Shown here: in pieces, positions 11,531 through 22,479 of the stretch
How the letters are laid out: each line of letters starts with the position of its first letter
Position numbering within the stretch: position 1 is the stretch's first letter
DNA from: Basidiobolus meristosporus CBS 931.73
Lineage: Eukaryota; Fungi; Basidiobolomycota
Reading direction: 5' to 3'
Assembly (NCBI GenBank): GCA_002104905.1
Contig: MCFE01000201.1
Span: forward strand, 1-64,000
Length of the DNA: 64,000 nucleotides
Program-made: the position numbers and the translations under genes
Notes under the pieces: generated by a model
The model's input: the letters and a program-made list of their open reading frames with translations, nothing else
Database searches by the model: none
What the model was told of the DNA's origin: nothing

Positions 11531-14500
11531 GGTGAATAATGCTCTTCTGCATACTTCATCTCACACCCAAGCCCACAATTTTAATTGATACAATTGGCAC
11601 AACAAGCGAACATCTACATTTCGAGTAAATACAAATCTTTGCGCTAGTGCAAAGGAAGTGTTAGCACTATGCTCATGGGACAATCTCTGCCAAGACTCTT
11701 ATCTAACTTCCAACTAAGTCAACATGTGCAATCATGAAAGCAATCTCATATATATAGGAGGCCAGTCATTAGTGATACCAATATGTGGTTAACCATGCTA
11801 CCAAACGCACGGTAAGGAGCTCCTCCATTGACGCGCGGGCTCTCCGGCAAAAGTCACGCTAATGGAAGGTGTCAACTGTGATAAATACAACCTAGAGAGA
11901 TGCGAAGCTGTGCAATGCGTTTAGTTAAAACATTTAGATCATGCTTGTGAGCAATATAAACGATTGATGACATTGCTACAATGGTAAATGACACCCCTTA
12001 AACCCCCAGTATCCTTTAGCATGTCTATGAAGGTCCTACAATATTGAACTGCACCTATGTATTAGACGCTAGATGACTCATATTCCCACTAGAACCTTTA
12101 CCTTTGGCAACTCCATCCCATACTGCTGCTGATATTGGGTGATTCTCCAGAGTTAACGATATTGTGTATTACTCTGTGTATTTTGCACAAGCACCTACTA
12201 TTTAGCCAACCTGGTACAAAACCAGTTATTCAAACCAAAACCAACCCTAAATCAATAACTGGAGATGGGATGTCAGGTGACACGTCGACCCAAACCATTG
12301 ATTACCTTCCCAGAAACCACCGAAATAACCTAAAGGGTGGGAATGCTTGTACTTCCACCCGATTTTTCTGGACCGCTCCTCCATCCCCAAATTCCCAAAG
12401 CTGCAGTAACCAGCAAATTACTAGTATAGGATAGCTTAATACGGTATTTTTTTAATGGAATTAATTAGCTGCCAAGATTCTCCCTTGTATTGCTACAATA
12501 GCGATAGGGAGGAGACGCAACCCTGTATATCAGGTGTACCGACCAACGCGCACGTATTCACGGTCGCGCCATACGTCTCCAGCACATTCTCCAAGTAGGT
12601 GACAACAGGTGCAAGATCCCAATCTGTTGCGATTACTACCTGAGACACTGCCTCTCCTGAGCATCAGATATATAATGCCACTGTACGGAAATCCATGGTA
12701 CAATGCCACAAATTAAAATGGAATAGTTGGTTTCCCATCAATAATGAACATTGCAACCACGTAACGGCGGATGGTGAGAAAGCTTAATTAATATTTGGTT
12801 GGCAGTCAATCCAGGTTTCAGATTGCAAATTTGCCTATGAGCAAGCGACTCAATATGACAATGTTTGACATCGTTCTGGTAAGGCAGATGTACAAGGAGC
12901 ATATTTTCTGTTTGGTGACACTATTGTGACAATTTCGCGAAGCCATGGTAGGGGGCGAGATTGCTGAGCAATTTGGTCTCTGCAGAGCTCAATTCAATTT
13001 TTTGGATAGGGACACTCCATCCATTATTTGTGTAGCCATGCCAATGGGGGACCATGGCACCATTACACCATGCTCCTAAAATCTCATATTTCCTGTATTT
13101 CCGTTGGATTCTTCACACAGTTAATTAACGACCACCGCTTGTTTACTATTTTTATCTTCCCTCCGATATTGACGTATCTCTCAGCATTCGGTGTTTATGT
13201 CAGGAACCTGAAAGGAACCTTAACATGACAATCCTCTTTGAAACAACCCTGGATTTGTGCCACCAGGCAACTGCATCAGTTCTATGGCGTAGCCCTGTGA
13301 TAGGTTGCGTATGGAGTGCATACCTAGTAGCGTTAGCTATAGTTGGATGATGCTAGGCAGGTATAGGAACCCGCGAATTAGTCAAAGGCGCGGGCTTATC
13401 AGCCTAGCTGTAGAGATAGAGGCTGATCAAGCAGATGGCTGCTACCTATAGAGTTGGGATCATGCAAATGGAGATCAGAGCAAACGATGGTGCCAAAGGA
13501 GAATTTTACCCCCCCCCCCCCAAATCATGGCCATCTCCCTCCTGGCTTCCAATGGTGGTCAGCTATTGCCATTCGTAGCGCTAGCATAGAAAACATCACC
13601 AATCTAATCTAGACGGTATATTACTAGCAAACACAAACACATGACTAACCCAATACTCAGGAAACCAAGCGTGTGACACGAAATGGATGTTTTGGACGCT
13701 AATCTAAACCCACCAATGAGACAGCTCCTCGTGTGAATATATCGTTTAGTGTGAGATTTCCTTGATATTTAAGATTTTGGCCCGGATTCGTCGATGGGTT
13801 GTCACCATCACCATTCTGTTGATGCCTAAATCGATACACCAAATCTGATGATTGCAGCGATTTTCTAACCCATTTCACCACGTGTCTTCCAATATTCGCC
13901 ACCCCAACAGAGGCTGAAACGTTCCACTAACTTCGAAGCATTTGTCAATCCTCAGCCACAATAAGCTACTTGTGTCCACATTTTGGGGTGAGGGAGGACT
14001 TTAAGGAAGCAATTTCATTCTGGACGTATATGGAAGACATGTCAAATCTGTCAATTCAGAATTAGTGCTAATTCTGCTTGCTTTTTGTAGTGCCTTCAGC
14101 GCAATCGCTCCGAGCCAATAGAATGGCCGATCACCAGCGAATGTAATCATCTAAAGCGAATGCCCATAAGGTAGCACACGAAAGTTCGGGAAGGTTGCCG
14201 CGGGCCAGAGAATATTTTCGCCAGCGAGCGGGTGCAGAGCTTCGTTCGCGCCTAGCTGCCCGCCTGGTTACTAAGAAACTTCTTAAGAACTGGTGCATCC
14301 ATCTAGGATGGATGTTCCACACGATAGCACTTTGAGCTTTTGTGAAGGTGATGCTATAGCTTGGTGATACACAGATTGTCCGCGAGAGAGATTGGCCCAG
14401 TGGGTTACGTCATCTCTGCCAATGTTGTCAGGCACCTCCGATCAGCCATGGATAGGTATAGAAGCTCAGGTACTTGGTGCTCGATGGTGTGAGCAGGCTT

Positions 14501-14993
14501 CGACCTTGCCCTCGTCGTTGCTACATCAGTTGTGGAAGTAGACGTCTTCATTCCGAAATACGATTCTACTTGGGCTGGCAGCATTCCTAATATGTCAGCT
14601 GGTAAGTCAACCATGCATGTGATTTTGGGTGCACTTCTTTATTTTTTAGCACGGGTTATGCTTCACGAGACGTTTTGCCATATTTGGTCATGCTGGATGA
14701 GACGATGCGGTGAGCTCTCAGTGCAAGTTTGATAAATTAGCTAACCACGCACTTTAACGTTGGCCAATGATTTGTCCAATCCGCTGACTGGACAAAAAAA
14801 GAATTGCCCTATAGAAACATCTTGATCATTGGCTCCCGTCAGCCAGTCAACTCTTTAAAACTGCGGTGGCTCGAACAATCTTGCCCTTCGAATTCCAGTT
14901 CCCTCCTTTGATTGCTCTCGTTTTTTACTTGAATCTTCTCATACGCTTTTGTGCAGATATTTCAACCCATCTGTTTCCCAATACCTGGTTGTA

Positions 14994-16160
14994 ATGCCTC
15001 CACTAAATACTTGTGAAGAGCAGGTGGATTCTTATTACCCACTCGAGGATTCTCGTGCCAACTCACCTTTCGATGACGAAGGCGACGACGATTTCCTCGA
15101 AGAGGATTTGGAAGAGGCCATCAAAGGTGAGCAGGATGAGGCCTCTCCAGACAACAAGCCTGATCGCTCGTTGTTCCTCAACTTCAATGCAGACCTCAAT
15201 CCACAGAACACGAATAAGAAACCAAAGGCAAAGAAGGCCACAACGTACAAAGTCAATGGGGTGAACATCTTGAATAGAAAGAGTCTAGATAGCAAGACAG
15301 TCATGGAGCGGTTAAAGAGACGCAGAGAGAATCACAACTCGGTAGAGCGTAAGCGTCGGGACAATATCAATCATACGATCTTGGAGATATCTCAGCTCAT
15401 TCCCCACGAGACAGCCAGCACAAAGCTGAACAAGGGGAGTATACTGCGCCTAGCTGCTGACTATATCAAGGTTAATATCGGTCGAGCCCATATTCCTTTA
15501 TTCATTCCTTTTCTGACTTGGATCCAATTGTAGGAAGTCCAGGCTGAAAACAAGAGACTTGTTGCGGAGTTGGAGCGGTACAAGGCTGATACTCGGGCTC
15601 ATCCAAGCGATGAGCGGATTGGGTATCCCATGAGGCCGTACACGCAACTTTTACACGATCAACCCAGCTATCCTGTGCATCCTCGAGCTGTCCATGGGAA
15701 TAGCCAATTTGTTCCGACGAAGGCAGGTCCTGGTTATCATTCAAGTATTGGGACATCGCCTGCAGAAACCGCAAGCCGCTATCCAGGCTCCCAGCCACCG
15801 CACCAAAGCTTACTAAGCAACCCCCAGGTTCCCGTGTTTCCATCTCAACCTGTATCTCACCACCAAAGCCACGCACTCAACTCCCCTCATGGCCATCTCC
15901 CATCCACTAATGCTCAGCACCACATCCAAAGCACCTCCGTCCCGGATCAGGTTTATCCTCCTTCCAGCTTACCATCATCCCACGTTCGGCATAACAGTAT
16001 TACTTCGCAGCCTTACCCATCTCACCCTCTTTACGGGTACAATCAACCATCCCCCACCACGGCAGTTCAGAATATGCTCCCTCCGTTGTATAAATCCACC
16101 CAGCCGCAGCGCAAGGGAATGATGTTTAACGAGTTCAGTGGCACGTTGAACCTGTTCTAG
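14994..16160 (+). CDS. bHLH transcription factor (E-box class B, Cbf1/USF-like basic region) with Pro/Gln/His-rich C-terminus
   Basis: RRRENHNSVERKRRDNINHTILEISQLIP...KLNKGSILRLAADYIK. Intron 15471-15533 (GTTAAT...TTGTAG) joins in phase 0 to ORF 15570..16160. An upstream exon is possible (acceptor-like TTTTGTGCAG at ~14956). Confidence 0.9.
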
Positions 16161-16415
16161 AGCACGAGCGGCAACAGTATCAGATGGTTCGTCAACCACC
16201 CACCACTTTGACCCTACTCAACCAATCTAGCCCTAAGATGGAAGTGGCATCCCTTCATGACTCGGGCCAGCACTAGACGACATACCCCGCATACCCGGGC
16301 TCTTCCATCCATTCATCCATGCACATGTATTGACAGAAACATTCTTGCATTAGCACACCTTTCATTTCACCCTTATTTACTATGAGTCCTTCGATTAGAA
16401 ATTTATTTTTGTCAA

Positions 16416-17060
16416 TCAGCTGTATAAATCGATTTTTTCCTGACCAATTTGGGCCGTTACTCTGGTTCGCTGTCTGACATCCCAGCTGGAGACACCGCCA
16501 GCCAGCGTCCATGAGGAGAAGTGGGAGTCCCAGGCCACTTTGGGGCGATTGCGGTAGTACAGCCGGCTTCCGAGGCTCGAAGATGATTAGATCATACTCC
16601 CATGTTGGACAGTCATCCTAATTGAGCGGCCAGAGTGATCTAATTGGACTTGTGTCAGAATCTACCAAAACAAAACATCAACACAATAAAGTTTGTCGAC
16701 TTCGAGAATTCACGGCAGTCTGTTGTGTGATCACAGTATGACGATGGGATTCAGCGCATGGAGGCGGTGCCACCTATATGCTGGGGAAACCTGAAGGGAT
16801 GCATACAAGGTGGGGAAGACTGGTCGTACCAGCCTGATGGCAGATCTAAATCTCATGCACACTGGTCCATTGCCTGATCCTTCATCCAGGCCACCCAGTT
16901 GGCGGAGAGGGACTTGCCTCGGCCTTGTCGAAATATAGCTGGATAGGCCTTGGCAGTACGCTTGTGCACCTTCGCCCAATCCATTTCTGCCAGGCGCTTC
17001 AACACGGAGCATGACGTTGATCGGGAGAACGGGGGATTTTCGTGCCCATAGGATTCCTCC
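16416..17060 (-). CDS. Possible small spliced gene or remnant, unknown product
   Basis: Protein-like frames DWAKVHKRTAKAYPAIFRQGRGKSLSANWVAWMKDQAMDQ and RLYYRNRPKVAWDSHFSSWTLAGGVSSWDVRQRTRVTAQIGQEKIDLYS*, separated by intron-like sequence. No complete model obtained. Confidence 0.25.
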
Positions 17061-17480
17061 AGATTAGGTTGGTGCCGGTTCCATCGTACCGGTTAGTGAG
17101 CAGGGTCATCAGGTAGGTTGGAGGGTTTATGGTTGGCATTGGTCATTTCCATTCATAATCACCTAATTTGTGACTGCTAGATAGGTGCATGTGGTGTTAA
17201 TCTCCAGGTTGTCCGAGGTAATTGCACTCTTGATTCCCGTATCCTTGGATTAACAAGAATCTCGAACAACCAGGTGCAGGTGGCCCGGTAGGCGAGACTA
17301 GTGCTGTGATGACATTCCGACCTTCCACATGTATTATGCCTCGCGAGAGGAAATGGTGTGATGGTTATGCGCAATCATGAAACGGATGGCGACATCCTTG
17401 GGAATCAGACATCAGTTATATATTGCTATCTGGTTGACCACCTTCCCTATTGAAGTTCGCATACCCGTCTTAGCATTACC

Positions 17481-18509
17481 ATGACAGTGACCCAGAAAGA
17501 AATCAATGGAGCCGCCTCCTTGAATAGTTATCGTAACCCCGAATACATTCAAGGATTCAATGCTCACCCGGAGCGTAAAAACTTGCTCGATGCCGCTGCA
17601 AATCGTACTGACCTGACTCCTTCTATCGGCACCGAGCTTGAAGGCCTGCAGCTAGCGAAGTTAACTGATGCACAGGTCGAGGATCTCTTGGCCCTAGTTG
17701 CGGAGCGAGGCGTCGTCTTCTTGAGAAATCAAGATTTCAGCCAGGAGGAGGAGCTGGCATTCGGTCGAAGACTTGGCCAGCTCCACATCCATCCGTTCAT
17801 AGCGGCACCCGATTCCTACCCAGAGATAGTGATTCCGTCTGGCGAAGGCCGAACCCACCCACAAGTAGATAACATCTACCGCAAGGGATACTGGCACACA
17901 GACATCTCCTTCGAAGAGTACCCGGCGTCCTTTTCAATTCTCCAGTTGAAGCAGGTCCCAACAACGGGTGGAGACACCCTCTGGTCCAACTCCTACGCCC
18001 TCTACGACAAACTGAGCCCCGAATTTCAGAGATTCCTGGAGGGACTAACTGGGGTTCACAGTGGGGAGGTTTTCATTAAACTTTCTGATCTCTCCAGTAA
18101 ACCGCTCGCAAGGGAGATCCCAGTTAACACCGAGCATCCGCTTATTCGGACCAACCCGCTGACAAACCAAAAGGGCCTATTCGTCAATGCCATCTTCACC
18201 AAAGCGATCAAGGAGCTCAATCCGATCGAGTCGGACATTATCCTCAACTACCTATTTGACCACCTGCACAGAACACATGAGGCCCAAGTGCGCTGGACTT
18301 GGTCGCCGAACTCGGTAGCCATTTGGGATAATCGTAGCACGCAGCACAACGCTACTCCCGATTACTACCCCTACCATAGATACGGTGAGCGCATCACGGT
18401 CCTAGGAGAAAAGCCATACTTTGATCCTAGCAGTACAACGGAGGCGGCTGTGAAGGCACCCCAGATTGAAGCATTGCTCGAGAAATTGAAGTTAGGGCAT
18501 TCTTTGTGA
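17481..18509 (+). CDS. TauD/TfdA-family Fe(II)/2-oxoglutarate dioxygenase (sulfonate/taurine dioxygenase, Jlp1-like); intronless
   Basis: 342-aa ORF with LVAERGVVFLRNQ, WHTDISF (HxD), GGDTLW, HPLIRTNP and IWDNRSTQH motifs. Confidence 0.93.
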   Translation: MTVTQKEINGAASLNSYRNPEYIQGFNAHPERKNLLDAAANRTDLTPSIGTELEGLQLAKLTDAQVEDLLALVAERGVVFLRNQDFSQEEELAFGRRLGQLHIHPFIAAPDSYPEIVIPSGEGRTHPQVDNIYRKGYWHTDISFEEYPASFSILQLKQVPTTGGDTLWSNSYALYDKLSPEFQRFLEGLTGVHSGEVFIKLSDLSSKPLAREIPVNTEHPLIRTNPLTNQKGLFVNAIFTKAIKELNPIESDIILNYLFDHLHRTHEAQVRWTWSPNSVAIWDNRSTQHNATPDYYPYHRYGERITVLGEKPYFDPSSTTEAAVKAPQIEALLEKLKLGHSL

Positions 18510-19442
18510 TTGTTCCTATCAGATGAACTTGCGGGCCCCTTCGGCAAATCCCATCACTGCTCAGTAAATCAGCAGACCATTTTTTCTACCAAAGCCAATA
18601 AAATTCCCGATCAACCGCTCTCAGGGTTCATGACGGATGCATGCCAAATTCAGGCAACACAGGTCCAAGGGCTCAAGATGGTGGCATATGATATTTTGCT
18701 CGGATCCCTGGGATTGTAAAGCAATGGAAAATGGGCGCGTGCTCTGATCGAGTGGCTTGCCAATGAAAAGCCCATCTGTATCACATGTTTTTTCATTCGA
18801 AATTGTTGCCGCAATTGATCCAGCCTCAGTATCAAGATACCAGTTAAATCCATCCATAACAGTTGAAGTCTAGGCTAGGCAATGGACAGCCAGATGATAA
18901 GCCTCTTAGATCAGAGGAGTAACATGTTCAGTACGCGTAGGGACCCCCTCCAAGCCGACAGCTGCTTCGGCCAGGGTTCTCGACCAAGGATGCTATGTAT
19001 CTAAAACCAACCGTATTTCTCCTACCTATATCAATGATATTGGAGAGACAAAGAGGGTTTTCCGGGTTGTTCTAGATACAGGTATTGATCATTGAGGACT
19101 AGATAAAGTAGCAAAAATAAGTACTATAGGCAGCATGTCCTAGGGCCAGATAGCCATATTCAGTGCCTGTATATTGCATACATACAGAAAACAGCTAACA
19201 CTCATTTTTCATTTGAGAAGTGAGTTTACAGTCAGCAAAGATAACGGATGATGCTAAGAAAATGGTTCTTTTGTAGTATAAGACATGTTCAGCTAATGAG
19301 GCCATAGAAGCAACGTAAATTCTAAAACATCAAAAGCAAGGATGAAGCGAGATACCAAGGGACCCGGCAAAGCTTGTATGCTCAGATATGTCTTGTGTTT
19401 CTGCTTCCAGCCTATTGTTGGTGCAATTGAAATTAAATGGCA

Positions 19443-19554
19443 AAGGCTTATAAGCCTTGAAAACCGGAATAACGCTTGCCTGAAGAAAGATGGTTTCTTG
19501 TACCATTAAACGGAGAAATGCCCATCACTCTTAGAATGCTAAGCTTAGCATTCT
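19443..19554. repeat. Two perfect palindromes: 16 bp (19443-19458) and 22 bp (19533-19554)
   Basis: AAGGCTTA|TAAGCCTT and AGAATGCTAAG|CTTAGCATTCT, read directly from the sequence. Confidence 0.9.
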
Positions 19555-19877
19555 TAGCAAAGTAGCAGCAACCATTGTAGCTGTTTCTGTTAAAACTAAG
19601 GATCTCTATTGGATAAGCTTAGCACCACTTGACGTATATAGCCTATCTTGGCTTCGTACTAAGTACATAAAAACGCGAGTGCACCATTGTAACAATTCTG
19701 GTAGTATCAGAAGGTAAACTAGAAATCAAGATACTCAATATTCCTTTATCCATAGGATACCGTCGGATTCCACTGATTGCTAAAGATTATCCAGAAATAC
19801 ACATTGTAAACATACACAAGACTAATATTTAATATGTTCCAAGACACTGTTTAGCAGCTGATCCTGGATCGTTTTTA

Positions 19878-21182
19878 TTGTAAATCTGGTGCTTGTACCT
19901 AAATATTCCATCAACATGGTCACTAAGGTCATTGCATATGAGCTTTACTCTCTGTCAGGATTTCAAAAAGTCCTACTAAAGCAACAGATACCCACGGCAT
20001 AAAGATTCTCAAGGTTATTCAAAAGCCCCTAAACTTTGCACACATGTTCCTGGAACCTTTCTTATGATAGTGTACGTGGTTGATTTGCCAAGACCTTGTG
20101 ACACTATCAATGCCACCCTTACATACAACAATTCATTAAGTAAAAACCAAACAATCTACTTGTTCTTCCATTCACTTACAATGTCTCCAAGATACCCTCA
20201 ACATTATCAGCAGCTTCTGCCACATCAAAGACTCTTACTCTGCTGCCAAACTGACCTTTTAGCTCTTTAAGGAGCTACATTACCCTTGTATATGTCTAAT
20301 TGGCTGATTTCTGGGGAAGGCTTCAGGATATAAGCAGCATGCTTCAGCACATTCACACAAAATGGTCATAAGAAAATAATTGGTAGGCATAAGCCACACT
20401 TGGCTTATAGCATACTGTGAATAGGCCCATTCCAGATGGTCCATGTTAATAGACCTAGTTTACTTCAGAATCCTTTCCACCAACTGGGCCACACTGTAGA
20501 CTAGAGGTGCCATTGTAACAGTTTTGGAGATATCAGAAGTGGCGGGGAGTGTTGTAAGAGTCTTGGAGATATTGGAAGTGATTTGGAGAACAAGTAGATT
20601 ATGTGGTTTTCACTTAATGATTTATTGAATGTAAAAGTAGTATTTATACTTTTACCTGGTCTTGGCATTACAAACACGTAGAATAGGCTAAGGAAGGTCC
20701 CAAGAACATGTGTGCAAAGTTTGGGGCTGTTTGGACAACTTATCTAATTTTCATGTTCTGGGTAAATATTCTAAGTAAATCCCGACAAGGAATTTGGTCA
20801 GTATTCTCTAGGATTTGAAGGTGATGATCTAAGTGACTAAGTTAGGTGAATATTTAGGTGGAATTCCGAATTTTTACAACAGGGAGAACAGGTAGATTAT
20901 GTGATTTTCATTTAATGATATAATGAATGTAGAGGTGGTGTTTATACTTTTGCATAGTCATGGCAAAATAAACATGTACACTATGTTTAGGAAGGTCCCA
21001 AAAACACGTGTGCAAAGTTTGGGGGCCTTTGGACAACTTTGAGAATCTTCATGTCCTGGGTACTTGATCTCTTGGCAAAATATTCTTAGTAAATCCCGAC
21101 AAAGAATTTGGGCAAGATCCATAGACTATGATCCAGTGACAAAGTTGATGGAATATTTAGGTGTAATTACGAAATTTACAAC
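19878..21182. repeat. ~300-bp repeat in three diverged copies: one inverted (19878-20190) and two tandem (~20563-20880, ~20881-21182); probable non-autonomous DNA-transposon relic
   Basis: Shared blocks GAGAACA(A/G)GTAGATT, AACA(T/C)GTGTGCAAAGTTT(G/A)GGG, AAATCC(C/T)GACA, GAATATTTAGGT and TTTACAA occur in the same order in all copies. The tandem period is 298 nt (anchors at 20586/20884 and 20711/21009). Confidence 0.85.
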
Positions 21183-22479
21183 AGATATTACCAGTGATTC
21201 CATTACCGAAAGGATCAAACCAAAAATCTACATTATGCTGCCATTATTGCTGGTCTCAAAGAGAGCGGACACGTTGCAGCAACCATATCAAAACCTCTTT
21301 TGCTAGGCAACCAGGAACACTGCACACTAATTCTGGCTCCCGTAGTCCGTTCGACAAACTCGTTTTTCATATACTTCAGATATGCTCAAACCAATATGGA
21401 GTCTGATTTGATTTGACATCGATGTTTAAACTCCCGCATATTGCTACAAACATTTTTGAATATATTCCACCCTATCGTAAACTGCACTTAGGGGCCAGTT
21501 TGCCTTATATTGATGTAAATCTCCTTTCCTTGAGTTAGTAAAGCTGCAAGGGATTTGCATTAGCCAATTGGGACCACTGCTACATCGCTTTTCCATAATC
21601 AAACCTTGCCATTACGATTAGCGCTCCAAGGTTCGCCGGATGCGAGACCTGACTTGTGGATCAAAAATTCCCATACATTGTATGTTGTGGCCGTGAGTGA
21701 AAATTGATGTGAGGGTCAAAAGCAAAAAACCAGAAGTGCCTTTGTCCATGGCTTGAGAGATGCGGAGTGAAGGAAGGGTTACGTTGATTTGTTTGCCTAA
21801 TGGTTTGTAAGCAACCGGGAGCATTTCCATTCTTCCAACAATGCCGTATCCTCGAAAAAAATATCGAAATAAAAGCATTCAAGGTTATTGAGCATGTACA
21901 CATACAGCACAGCATGACTTTGGTTCCCCTCGGATGGTAGTAAAATATCGATATTTCAGCCAAGCCAAGGTATTTGTCAGTTGTGATAAGGGCAATCAAA
22001 CTTAGCAAAATGATGTTCCCCGCGTTTTCCCGGAAATCCCAATAGGTGCGAACCGCACTCCCGGCTGTCACACACATTACCTGACACCCAGTTGCTGCAT
22101 CTAACTATAATGATACCCATTACTGCAGTACACAAAAGTTGGTAGTTGTTCCAAGCTTAGAACATAGTGTAAACCTAGTCACTGGAAACGTACTATAATG
22201 GAAGACCTGGATTTTCCGATGATATCGTCCCGAGGGTTAGCTTTCAAAGTGGGTTGTGCACATGGTAGATGTTCAACAAGCCGATCTCATCTCCAGCATT
22301 CCCAATACTCCACTCTTTAATTATGTGGAAGGATTTCGGATAGAAGTTGTGGGTTGAGGACACGCTCACATGTAATTACTTCCCATAGCTTCCGGTGTAT
22401 ACTTAGGTAACCATGTATATACATTAGAAGTTGAATATTGCCCCAGTCAGTCATACTACTGAGTAGCTACTCATTGAAC

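Noticed and set aside
13509-13521. C13 run as the polypurine tract of an LTR element
   Set aside because: No adjacent TG...CA LTR, paired LTR or pol remnant was recognised.
14131-14614. Minus-strand ORFs 14405..14614 and 14131..14322 as a gene or TE remnant
   Set aside because: Different frames, no recognisable motif, and they overlap the bHLH promoter region.
20643-20660. ATACTTTTACCTGG resembling the U1 snRNA 5' end
   Set aside because: Imperfect, lies inside the 300-bp repeat, is not conserved in the other copies, and has no downstream U1 structure.
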